From Isurus oxyrinchus (Eukaryota), in the NCBI GenBank assembly GCA_026770705.1, contig JANJGN010000151.1:62001-126000 (forward strand): a stretch of DNA of 64,000 bases, read 5' to 3'. The notes beneath the pieces are model-generated. The model was not told where the DNA came from. It saw only the letters and a program-made list of their open reading frames with translations, and searched no databases. This document shows positions 51,079 to 62,547 of this stretch, piece by piece. Position numbers and translations under genes: made by a program. Numbering within the stretch: position 1 is the stretch's first letter; every line of letters begins with the position of its first letter.

Positions 51079-51568
51079 TTCACTTCCAACACAGTGGTTC
51101 AGTATGTAGCAGCACTCTCTCTCTCTTTCTTTCTCTTTCACTCTTTCTCTTTCTCCCTCTCGTTCTCTCTCTCGCTTCCTCTCTCTCTATCTCCAGAACC
51201 AGAAAGTCCTGGGCTGTAACTCTCTTACTTGAGAGATGTCAGGCCCACACTCCAGTGCCGGCAGTGTCCCTGTGGCCCTGAATGAATATTGAACTATTGC
51301 AGTTGCTGCCTTCCTGGTTGAGATACGAAACCACTGAGAGTATCTGCCCTCTCAGATGGAATCTCAATACTCCAATTTCAAAAATGAGCAGGAAGAGCTT
51401 TCCCCAGCTTCCTACAATAATTTTCCCTCATTTAACACCATTGAAAACAGCGACCTGATTATTTCTCCAATTACATTTGTGGAATCTTGCTCTGTGCGCA
51501 TTTGCTGATGTGTTTCCCACATTACACTGGGGGAAGACTGGATTGGCAGGAAAACACTTTGGGAAACC

Positions 51569-51865
51569 NNNNNNNNNNNNNNNNNNNNNNNNNNNNNNNN
51601 NNNNNNNNNNNNNNNNNNNNNNNNNNNNNNNNNNNNNNNNNNNNNNNNNNNNNNNNNNNNNNNNNNNNNNNNNNNNNNNNNNNNNNNNNNNNNNNNNNNN
51701 NNNNNNNNNNNNNNNNNNNNNNNNNNNNNNNNNNNNNNNNNNNNNNNNNNNNNNNNNNNNNNNNNNNNNNNNNNNNNNNNNNNNNNNNNNNNNNNNNNNN
51801 NNNNNNNNNNNNNNNNNNNNNNNNNNNNNNNNNNNNNNNNNNNNNNNNNNNNNNNNNNNNNNNNN
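51569..51865. other. Assembly gap followed by CTTT/CCTT repeat; further gaps at 53490-53680 and 54533-54685
   Basis: N runs. Confidence 0.99.
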
Positions 51866-51932
51866 CTTCATTTCTCTATTTCTTCCTTCCCTTCTTCCTT
51901 CCTTTATTTCCATATTTTTTCCTTCCTGCCAT

Positions 51933-51964
<32 letters not shown>

Positions 51965-52464
51965 TCCTTCTTTCAGTCTCTCTTTCTTGTTTTCTTCCTC
52001 CCACTTCACAGACACAATTTCCACTAAAGTTACTCTTAACATTTAAAACAAAGTATTTGATGGAATGGGAAGTGGTTTATGAAGCAGTGAATTGTGATCT
52101 GGATTCTGCTGCCTTTAAGGGAGCTGGACGCACATTGAATTGTGAATTTCAAAAGTTGATTTAATAAAGACAAAGGCGACATTTTGTTAAGAACAAGTAA
52201 CTATTGCTAACAGAGATCCAGCATACACGCCATGACCAACTGATCTTCTCCTTTGCTTTCTGGTTATAATCAGCACTATTAGCGACCTCAGGCCACCCGC
52301 ACCAGCTTTCTCGGTGAATAAACTGTTTTATGAGAAACGCTGCAGCAGATTTGGGCAGCAGCAGGTCCCTAATCTCATTCTTATCACTGAAAAGCATCCA
52401 TCTGCTCTTCGCCATTTGTGGTTAGGGGCTTAACTTATCAAGAAGTCGTGAATAGTTTGAATCA

Positions 52465-52960
52465 ATAGCCATTGGATTTTGGAAGAATGAGAGGTGAACT
52501 TATTGAAAGCTATAAGGTCCTGAGGCGGAGGGTGGTGGGGGGTGGGACTGGCGTGTGGGTGTGTGGGTTTGTGGGGGACTGTGGTGCGCCTTTACATGGT
52601 GGATACTGGGAGGATGTTTACACTTGTGGGAATGACCAGAACTAGGGGGAAGAGTTTAGGAATAAAAGGCTTAGCTTTAAGACTAAGATGAGGAGATTTG
52701 TTCTTCTCTCAGAGGGTCGTTAATATGTCAAATTCTCCTCTCAAGAAAGCTGTGGAGGCTGAGCGATTAATGTATTCAAGGGGGAGTTATGTTCTGCTAA
52801 TGCCATGAGTTAGACGGATTTTTGATAGACTAATGTCTAAAGGGGCAGATGGGAAAGTGATTTTGAGGCCACAAACAGATCATCTATGGAATGGATGGAA
52901 TGGTGGATTAATCTCCAAGGGCTGAATGGCCTACTCCTGCTCCTAAGTCCCATGGTCGTA
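52465..52960 (+). mobile_element. CR1-like LINE 3' fragment
   Basis: agaatgagaggtgaacttattgaa...gggctgaatggcctactcctgctcct tail. Confidence 0.8.
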
Positions 52961-55014
52961 TTTTCATATGCTTGGCGAGAGAGTATGGATGGCTTTGGGA
53001 GGTTTGAAACACAGAATGACAATGACAAGGTCTAGTGTAATGTAAGCAGCGACATGGAGAGGCCTAGTGTAATAGAAACTAAAAGGTTGTCCAGCGCAAC
53101 ATTAAATGAGCCAAATATGTCCTGACATAATGACAGGATAAGATCTAATCTCATCAAAGCTGATGTGGTTTAATGTAATAGGGACAAGATCTGATAAGTC
53201 AGTAACAGAGATAGGAACTAATCAAATATAAAAGTGGACATCATGCACTGAAAACTGAGAAAGGGACTTGCATTATATAAACAGAGACACACTCAAGTAC
53301 AATAATAATTGAAAACGGATTGTGTGAATGGTAAACCAAGGCATTGCCATGCATAGTATGAAATAAGGCAGGGCCCACTGTGATACTACAAGTTACATGC
53401 TTTTGCAAACATTCAGGATGATGTGTTTCGTACTTTGTACACACATGTACTCTACATACAAAATAATCAAACATGCGTAATGGAACACANNNNNNNNNNN
53501 NNNNNNNNNNNNNNNNNNNNNNNNNNNNNNNNNNNNNNNNNNNNNNNNNNNNNNNNNNNNNNNNNNNNNNNNNNNNNNNNNNNNNNNNNNNNNNNNNNNN
53601 NNNNNNNNNNNNNNNNNNNNNNNNNNNNNNNNNNNNNNNNNNNNNNNNNNNNNNNNNNNNNNNNNNNNNNNNNNNNNNNNCACTCGGAGATTGTTAAAAG
53701 ATTCACCCCAATTTTTCACCCAAACATTAAGTCCTCCAGATCTCAGAAAGCGCTAAGTCTCAAGAAAATCTCAAATACATTTGATATTGTAATGCAGGAA
53801 ATGTTATTTAAACAGAAGAAGGCGGCAATGTACAATCACTTGTGATCAATAATAGATTTGTGGTCAATAATAACAATTCATTATGCCACAAAATGATCAA
53901 CATATTTCAACAATTTAGATTAAGAAATTGCTCGCCTTTTTCTTCTGACTCCCCGGTGCCATTGGGCCAAAGTTCATTGCCTATTTCATCTTAGCCACAA
54001 CACCTGCAACTTATGTACAAACTCTTGCCCTGAATTTTATGAAGTGAAGTGTCACGGAACAAGGTTGTTTCCTGTAATCTCCATCTGTGAGCTGTGACAC
54101 CAGCAAACTGACAGTTCTGCAAGGTTTAGTCAAAGCTGAAGTGCTGTAGCGACATCCAGTGATAACCTACGGAAAACAATGATTCTTAATTTCTACTCGA
54201 ATATTGCTACATGATTTTGCTGAAGTATTACTACGCAAGAATATTATGAATGCTGTTACTTTTATTTTATTACTAGCATAACTTACCTGTTTATTATTTT
54301 CCATTTTCAGCCGTTGGTCTTTAGCAGAAATTGTGAGATTATTTGGCTCAGTCTTCTTGTGTGTCCAATTGCTTGACACAGTACATGCTCATTTCCATTG
54401 ATGTTAATAATTCCACTATTATAAGGTTGGATTGAAATTTCGTAAATACGGATCAGTCTTCCTACTTCCCTAATCATCAAAGGCGGACACAAATCATAAT
54501 TAAACAGGTCCATGAATGAAGGGCGATGGATANNNNNNNNNNNNNNNNNNNNNNNNNNNNNNNNNNNNNNNNNNNNNNNNNNNNNNNNNNNNNNNNNNNN
54601 NNNNNNNNNNNNNNNNNNNNNNNNNNNNNNNNNNNNNNNNNNNNNNNNNNNNNNNNNNNNNNNNNNNNNNNNNNNNNNNNNNNNNGTCTGACAGCTGAAC
54701 CGTGTTAACAGTGAGAGTGGTGGAGACTTTCTCACGGTCCTCAGATACTTTAAATCTTCCCTCAATTCTTTTGTCTCTATATGTGAAGGTAAGACACTCG
54801 GGAGCTTGACTGAGGAATGGTCAGTACAAGAACCAAATTTCTGGCCTGAAAGCCCTCCGATATATCGATATCTGAAATATATCCGAGTGACAAAGAGCAA
54901 CTGCCAAAACAACAATAAAATCAACTTAATAATATTGGAAGCAGAATTAAATAAAGTGCCCGTGGATTTAGGCAATATAAACTGATCTATCTATCTATCT
55001 ATCTATCTACATAG

Positions 55015-55975
55015 GGCAGCCTGGTGCTGCTCCTGGTATGTCCTCCCTCTTCATTGAACCAGGGTTGATCCCTGGCTTGATGATACTGGTAGATTGGGGG
55101 ATATACGGGGCCGTGGGGTTACAAATTGTTTTTGAGTACAATTCTGCTCCAGCTGATAGCCCACTTAGCCTCATGGATGCTCTGTCTTGAGTTGCAAGAT
55201 CTGTTCACGGTGGTAGTGTTACACAACACGATGGATGGTATCCTCAATGTAAAGGCGGGACTTCGTCTCCACAATGACTGTGAGGTGGTCACTCTTACCA
55301 ACACTGTCATGGACACATGCATCTGCAGCAGGCAGATTGGTGAGGATGAGGTCAAGAAAGTTTTTCCCTCCTGTTGGTTCCCTCACCACCTGCCGCAGAC
55401 CCAGTCTAGATGCTACATCATTTAGGACTCGTCCAGCGCATTCAGTAGTAGTGCTACCGAGCCATTCTTGGTGATGGACATTGAAGTACTTCACCCAGAG
55501 TACATTCTGTGCCCTTGCCACTCTCCGGTGCTTCCTCCAAGTGGTGTTCAACATGGAGGAGCACTGATTCATCAGCTGAGGGAGAGTGATACATGGTAAT
55601 CAACAGGATGTTTCCTTGGCCCATGATTAAACTGATGCCACGAGACTTCATGTGTCCCGGAGTCAATGCTAAGGGTTCCCAGGGTAACTCTCGACTGTAT
55701 ACAACTGTGCCCCCACCTCTGCTGGGCCTTCCCTGCCAGTAGTTTTGGTGTCTGGGACATTATCTGCAAGGTATGATTCGGTGCGGATGATCAGCCTATG
55801 TCAGGTGATGCTTGACGAGACCTTGAGACAGCTCTCCCAATTTTGGCACGGACCCGATATATCAATAAGGAGGATTTTGCAGGGTTGACAGGACCGAGTT
55901 TGTGTTGTTGTTTCCGGTGTTTAAGTCGATGCTGGGAGGTTCGTCTGGTTTCATTCCTTTTATTGTGACTTTGTG
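55015..55975 (-). mobile_element. LINE fragment, endonuclease region
   Basis: ORF 55219-55572: NVLWVKYFNVHHQEWLGS...LRQVVREPTGGKNFLDLILTN...VGKSDH (APE-type motifs GDFN, LDL, SDH). Confidence 0.85.
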
Positions 55976-55984
55976 ACCTTGTTC

Positions 55985-56255
55985 ATAACTAAATGGCTTG
56001 CTCGGCCATCTCAGGGGGCATTTGAGTCAACCACATGGCTGTGGGTCTGGAGTCACATGTAGGCCAGACCAGGTAAGAACGACAAATTTCCTTACCTAAA
56101 AGGCTTTAGTGGACCAGATGGGTTATTACTACAATCAACAAGTGATTCTTTGCCATCATCAGACTTTTAATTCCAGATTTTTATTGCATTAAAATTCCAA
56201 CACCTGCCGTGGCGGGATTCGAACCCAAGGCATTACTCTGGGTCTCTGGATTACA
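55985..56255 (-). mobile_element. tRNA-headed SINE
   Basis: B-box-like gggttcgaatccc on the minus strand near 56213-56226; body shared with 22915-23290 and 19900-20280. Confidence 0.7.
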
Positions 56256-57708
56256 GTGGATCAAAAATGACGAATGGGTCTCTAGTGATGATGTGAATCA
56301 AATTGCGCTTCAGTGGTTTCTGCAATTTGACTAAAATAGAAAAATGACAACCTCTTGTGTGGTGATCGACTGTGGCTATCTGCTTGTGTACACTTGTCTG
56401 CAAATGTCTGTTTATCTGTCTGCATCTGGGCAGATTTCCAGGTGAGGTTTGTGTTGTCCACCAGAGGGCGCTCTCTGATCACTTGTTAATGATGGTGATC
56501 ATGAACCCCAGCTGCAGGAAGTGCTTGTTCAGAGAAATACAAATGGGGCAGACATCCCAGCTGACCCGCTCGGATCTCCACGACGTTTTAGTTTCTATTC
56601 CCTAGCGATCAAAAGTTTTGATTCTTGAGTGCAGACTGGAACAATGGAGGTGAAACTTTGCCTGGCTTCAATCAAATTCCTCATCACCGGTCAGTGATAT
56701 TGGGACCTTCCTACAATATCCTCCCATCGTTCTAAAATTTCCCAATTCCACCCCGGGTGTTGTTTCGCCAAACCCAGCGTGTGCTGCCTCTTTATTATCA
56801 GAGATGAGTAACGGGGATTCAGTGTCCCAGCCAAAACCAGGAGTGGGATCAAAAGAGTGCCCGGGAATTTACATAGAAAGTAAAGGGGGAAATACATCCT
56901 GACCCGAACGGGGTTCTCCATCTGTAATCACTGCTTTCAGTCTCAGGAAAAATGAAATTTCTCAATCATTTTACGTAACGGTCAAATTCGGCTATTTCAA
57001 GCCGCAGTGTTAGCAGAGACCTACAGATTTCTGAATGAATGTCACAGTCAATTTCTGTACGAGTGAATTTTTGGATGAGATGTAAAGAATTCAGTCGATG
57101 TTTTAAAGACTGAGTGAGGCGGAGATGAAAGGAGAAACATTGGAAGAAATATACCGTGAGAGAAGGAGAGAGAAAGGAATCTGGTGAGACAAAGTGAGTG
57201 ACAGCACACCAGAAACACAGAGACAGGGAGTGAGAGAAAACGGGAGACCGGTAGAGACAAACAGAAAGCCCGTAGAGAGACAAAGAGAGAGACCGTATGT
57301 GTGTGTGTTTGGTTGGTGGGGGGGGGGGGGTGGCGTGTGGAGCGGAAGGAAGGGAGAGAGAGAGAGAGCTGCAAGTATAAAGTCAAAGAAAGACAGAGGC
57401 AAAGTTAAAGAGATGGACTGATGTCGAACCATCGATAGAGACAGACAGAGGGAAAGTCAAACGGGCAGTCAGAGAGTCTCACTCACACAGCTAGACAAGA
57501 AAATGGTTGGACTAGAGGCAGCAATAATTGCCCAGCATCTAGCAGCGGTTGGCATTCATTTGTAGGCAGCTCTAAGAGACTAGCCAATCCTATGAATGAG
57601 AAAAGCCCCGCATTCTCAGAATGAGCGGAATAAACACCTTCTCTGAATTTACTCTTTGATATCAGGTCGGAAGAGTCAACATACTGAACAATCTGTTATT
57701 CTCTAGCA

Positions 57709-58177
57709 TTGTTTAAACCATATCTCCTGCTTTTAAGAATAGTCGTGCTGCCTGGTGAGTCTATGTTTAAACGACGAGTTTGTGTTCCAATAGTTATATT
57801 TACTCGCAGAATTTTGACACTTTTTGTTACAGGAACAAGTGACCGAGGTTTAATGCCTAAGGAACCGCCTAAATTAACGGTTCAAGAAGCACAGACTCTG
57901 ATATTAAGTTCAGGAACTCCACGTCCTGTAGCTACTCCTATCTCTACTGGTACATTCAATATCCCTGGGGAGATCCGCAATGTTTACTGAAGAGATTCGG
58001 CAAGGGTCAGGGGGTGAAGGCTCTAGATTTCCTCGACTGGTTCTCCGCTGTTTTGGATAAAGTAAAAGAAAACATGCTCTCTCAGCAGTTCCCTGATCTC
58101 TAGTCCCTGACAGCCGTGCATTGCCGTGCACTCACTGCCTCACTGTTACAGAGGCGCTGTCAGGCCGAACAAAAACC
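57709..58177 (+). pseudogene. TCR V pseudogene
   Basis: Leader without ATG (57709-57754|gtgagt). V exon from 57833 with YLYWYIQYPWGDPQCLLKRFG, frameshifts and no YYC. RSS cactgtt(58141)-21-acaaaaacc(58169-58177). Confidence 0.8.
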
Positions 58178-58730
58178 GGCAAAGGACTCTCACTTCCTCT
58201 CACTGAATCAATTTTGGGAACTGAATTGTTAGCTGGTAGCTGAACAGAAACCAAACTAAAGACTAGTTTGGCGAAATGGCACATGTCTCTGTTGCAGACT
58301 CGATTATTGTCATTCTGTTTAGTATTCCTCTTAATATCAGATGTGCGCGGTTCCTACGGTCAGTGAGCAACTCTTTTAATACGAGCCTCCGGCATTGGTG
58401 GACAACATTAAGGACATCATTAACTATTCTCCCTCACTATCACCACGTCACACACTGACTCTGCTGGAGACCCAACATTCAGTTGAATCCTTGGTTCAGC
58501 CCCCTTGGAGGCGAAAACGGCTTCGCTGATTTGCTGCATCATTATTTGCTGACGCAATCCGTTGGAGAACAAAATATCGTGGGGCTGATTGGATGTCACT
58601 TGTGGAGACTTTCAGGAATTAACCAATGGCTGAAGAGACTGGCTATAAATGAAAATTTTCCCAAGCCTTCACTGAAGCATTGACAGATTCAACCCGTTCT
58701 GTTTCAATCCGCCATCAGCTCGCTGGAAAT

Positions 58731-59232
58731 ATGTTGGGTTTTACCTACTATTCTTTTCTCACAGCTGCAGCTCTCTTACCCGGTAAGTCCGCACGTTACA
58801 CAATCTTCCTATTGCAGGTATCATTGTTTTAATTCAGTTTTATTTCTATTCAGAATCCCTCACTCAACATGATAAACTGGGCTGAAGTAATAAACCTTAA
58901 AGCTCTTTATTTTTAATTGCTGCAGTTGTTAGTGGTGCAGACTCGGTCTCACAGGAACCAGATACAGCGATGCAATTTGAAGGAGACTCGGTGACCATTC
59001 ATTACAGCTATTCGACCACTGCTAATACACCTTACTTACAGCTGTACCGTCATGACCGGGGTAAGGCCCCTACATTCTTGATCTACATCCCGAAATACGG
59101 AAATATTTTCAGAGCAGAGGGCGTGGGGGCTCGATTTTCTGCATCTCTCGACACTTCCAAAAGTGAGGGGAATTTCACCATCCGTGACCTGCGGCTGTCT
59201 GACAGCGCGGTGTATTACTGCGGGCTGAGAGA
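58731..59232 (+). CDS. TCR alpha/delta V, open frame lacking Cys23 and Trp41 (ORF class); leader 58731-58782, V exon 58926-59232
   Basis: MLGFTYYSFLTAAALLP|gtaagt; ADSVSQEP...VTIHYSY...YLQLYRH...LRLSDSAVYYCGLR. RSS cacagtg(59233-59239)-23-acaaaaaca(59263-59271). Confidence 0.88.
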
Positions 59233-59864
59233 CACAGTGACAGGAACCAGGGGAAGACACCTACAAAAACACTGCCGCAATATTTCTAAGTGAATTGAGT
59301 AGCAGACTGTTTGGTGATATATAGGGAATGCAAGTTCTTCTCCAAGTAAAGCCAACAGACAATGTGGCCTCAAGACAACTCCCATAAACTCTGAGTAGGA
59401 GAGTCGGATAAGCATTTATTCACTCTATTAATTCAGCAGGAGAAACCTTGTGCAGGTTTTTTGGTAACCTGGCCCGATAATGTCTGATACATAGGAAGTT
59501 TATCCTATTCATTGTCCGGGAATTTTCACCCTCTCTTCAGTGTGCCACTAACACAGAATTACAAGTTAAGATCTACTCGTTGTTTGAACACAGTAGAATG
59601 TCGATCAAATCCGACTTCATCACAGTCAACAGGCTCAATCTAAGTTGTGATAACGAGTGAAATAACTGAAAATCTCCATCGACGTTCACACCCTGTATTT
59701 CTTTCTTTGAGAAGACCTGCATACCAGTTCATTGAAGTTCACACTATCTCTCAGATCAATTAGAGATCAAGCTGTGTATACTCATCCATCTTTCTCTCTG
59801 ATCAGCCGAATGCGACGTTAATGCCTCAGTTCTCTGTAATAAGAACTTTCCCAATGTGGTTACC

Positions 59865-59990
59865 GAAATGACATCAGGCCAATCAGATCCAGTGATCTCA
59901 TCTTCATCATCGTATGTTCTGCAGGACGTGACATCAGACCAGTCTCAGCCAATGCTGTCAGATTATTCTGGTTCCATACTCTGCAGGATT
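59865..59990 (+). promoter_or_regulatory. Duplicated ~60-bp promoter module with TGACATCA (CRE-like) + CCAAT
   Basis: tgacatca at 59869 and 59929, each followed by ccaat; upstream of leader ATG 60032. Confidence 0.55.
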
Positions 59991-60031
59991 CTGAGACACA
60001 AAAAGTCCCTTGAATTCCGGGAGCAGCAGCA

Positions 60032-60815
60032 ATGCGGGTCTTCGTTCTCGCTGTCATCTGGTTGACATTCACTATCTGTAAGGAGTTTAGCACTCTTAAA
60101 AGGGCTTAATTTTCTGAGGAATGAATTTACAAATAAGACTGTTCATGTTAAAAATGCAGCAGGTCTTGGTTAGAGCACACATGACCTATTGTGAGCAATT
60201 CTGGCCTCTTCCTTACAAGAGGAATATAAAGCGGCATAGACACAATGCAACAAGGCATTACAGCGATGATGCCAGATTTGAGAGGTAAAGAAAACGCTGC
60301 ACAGACTGGCCTTCTTTCCCATGGTAAAGAGAAGAAAGAGGGGTAACCAAACAGAGTTCTTTTAATGATGATGAAGGGGCAGACATGGAAATGTTTCCAC
60401 TTGTACTTAATTCAAAACTGTGGGATATATTTATGAATGATTAAAAGATCCGACATGGAGCTCATGAGAAATTTATTTATCCAGAGATGGGATGGAATAT
60501 GTAAATCACTATCACCAGCAGGGGATAAGGCGAACTGATGCATTTAAAGGGACAAGGAAGGTGAATGGAATAGGAGGATATGCTGAGTGAGTGTGATAAA
60601 GAGGGATAGGGTCGTTGGAAGTGTAAACACCGAAATATTGAGTAAGGTGTAATTTTCGGTGTTGTAGATTGTATAACATTTTATGTAGCATTGTTTGCGA
60701 AATTTCACTGTTAGTTCATTTCAGTTGAGTTTTTAATCGCTAAATTCTGCTTCCTTTAACCGTGTGTTCCAGATCTGAGCGATGGAGATTCTGTTACTCA
60801 GCAGAAATCCTCAAT
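60032..60815 (+). pseudogene. 3'-truncated TCR V (leader 60032-60077, V stub 60773-60815); LINE fragment in the intron (~60150-60640)
   Basis: MRVFVLAVIWLTFTI|gtaagg; ccag|LSDGDSVTQQKSS, then unrelated sequence. Confidence 0.8.
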
Positions 60816-61000
60816 CTGCAGTTTGTTCTCTCGGTCACTGCTGGAAACTGTTGGGTGACAGTTTGATGCGAGGTGAATGTGGTTTCCTTTCGATGTGTGC
60901 TTGAGCGGCTGACAGCATCGCTGAACATTGTGGTTGCATCTGCCCGAGATTCTACACATAAACCCAAATAGACAGGAGCTCTGAGTCACAATTCAAAGAG

Positions 61001-61495
61001 AGTTTTATACACAGGTGTGAGACTGTTTTTCTTCGCTATGAGTCTGAGAGAGCAGCAATACAAGGCAGCGTCAGGCAGCTGCAGAGCCGAGATGGTTAAA
61101 CTAGTGAATTTCGTGGAGGTCTGGAGTTTCACTGAGACACGGATTTGGGCAAAATCTCTTTTTTCTTAAGAGATTCACAGTTCGTAGATTTCAGCAATAA
61201 AAACTGGAGCTGGGCGCCTAGATGTTGCCTGTACCAGTATAGCCAATAGCTGCTTTGTGTCGTAGGATAGCTGCAGGTTAAAGTCACCGCTTCTCCTTCT
61301 GCCCTGGCACCTGAGGACAGCGGCTCGTGCAGAATTTCCATGAATTTGATCTGAACAACATACTGAAACAGAAAACAAAAATCAGACCATTTAAAAGGTG
61401 TGTGGGAAATTAGAAAAATAGAGACGAAATATGTGTCTTCCACAAATACCTGTCAGAAATGCTCCCCACACAACCCAGGTGCTGAGCAGCCGCAT
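61001..61495 (-). pseudogene. TCR V pseudogene, paralog of the V at 45376
   Basis: Leader MRLLSTWVVWGAFLT (61495-61450). V exon from 61350: EGEAVTLTCSY...LYWYRQ...LQLPDAALYCCSLR with frameshifts. Degenerate RSS catagcg...tataaaact. Confidence 0.88.
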
Positions 61496-61639
61496 TGTCG
61501 CTGTCCGCTCTGTGAAAGGGGAGTTGGATATTTGACGACAGGCGTTTTAAACCCAAACCTCAATAAACTGCTTTCGTGTCTCAGGATGTTCTCATCTCAC
61601 TTCCTTCGGTCCACAGTCGTTCTGTGAGAGTGGTAGGTG

Positions 61640-62003
61640 GCGAGTTGGTCCTCACTGAATGTAAAGACACCGACCTGGTCTATGGTAAGAGTCTTTATGG
61701 GGGGAATGGCTCGGCTTTAGGGACCGAGGGTGGTGTTCTGGCTGTCAGAGAATATAAACACCCAGAGCTTGAATACGGTGAGGGTCACTATAGGGGGAAT
61801 CATTCAGCTTTAGAGACCAAGGGCGATGCTCTGGCTGTCAGTGAATGTAAACACCCTGAGGTGGACCACGGTCAGTGTGTTTATAGGGGAAATGGCTCAG
61901 CTTTAGAGACCGAGGGTGGTGTTCTGCGTGCCAGTGAATTTAAATACCCAGAGCTGGGTGATATTTAGTGTCCTTTTGGGGGATAGGTTCAGCTTTAGAT
62001 ACC
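61640..62003 (+). repeat. ~90-bp tandem repeat, ~4 diverged copies
   Basis: Recurrent gctttagagaccgagggtggtgttctggctgtcagtgaatgtaaacaccc at a ~90-bp period. Confidence 0.85.
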
Positions 62004-62249
62004 GGCGAACCGTGGCTTATTATTGTAACCAGGAAACAGAAAGCTGACCTGACCAGAAGGACAGTCAGAACAGTGACTCCACTGAGATTTCCCTCAAGCA
62101 TCAGTTAACTATTGAGCTAAGGACGATTCTGTGTTTTGCCTCAGTGCTTTTGAGATCCGTGATATTATAAGGGTGACATTTATTCTTACTGAACAAGTAA
62201 TTGAACAAACCTAGAGATACAAATCTAGAGGAATTCACCAAGGCTCTTT

Positions 62250-62547
62250 CGATAGCAACTTCCAAACCCACGACCACTACCATCTAGAAGGACTAGGACA
62301 TCAAATACATGGGAACACCACCACCTGGAAGTTCCCCTCCCAGTCACTTACCATCCAGAATTGGAAATATATCGCCGTTCCTTCACCTGTCGCTGGGTCA
62401 AAATTCTGGAAATCCTTCCTAACAGCACTGTGGGTGTGCCTACACCACGTGGACTGCAGCAGTTCAAGAAGGCAACTTAGCACTACCTTCTCAAGGGCAA
62501 CTAGGGGTGGATAATAAATGCTGACCCAGCCAGCGAAGCCCACATCC
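62250..62547 (+). mobile_element. LINE/SINE 3'-tail with poly-A end
   Basis: Ends gcccacatcccgtgtataaataaaaaaaa; homologs elsewhere in the window. Confidence 0.75.
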
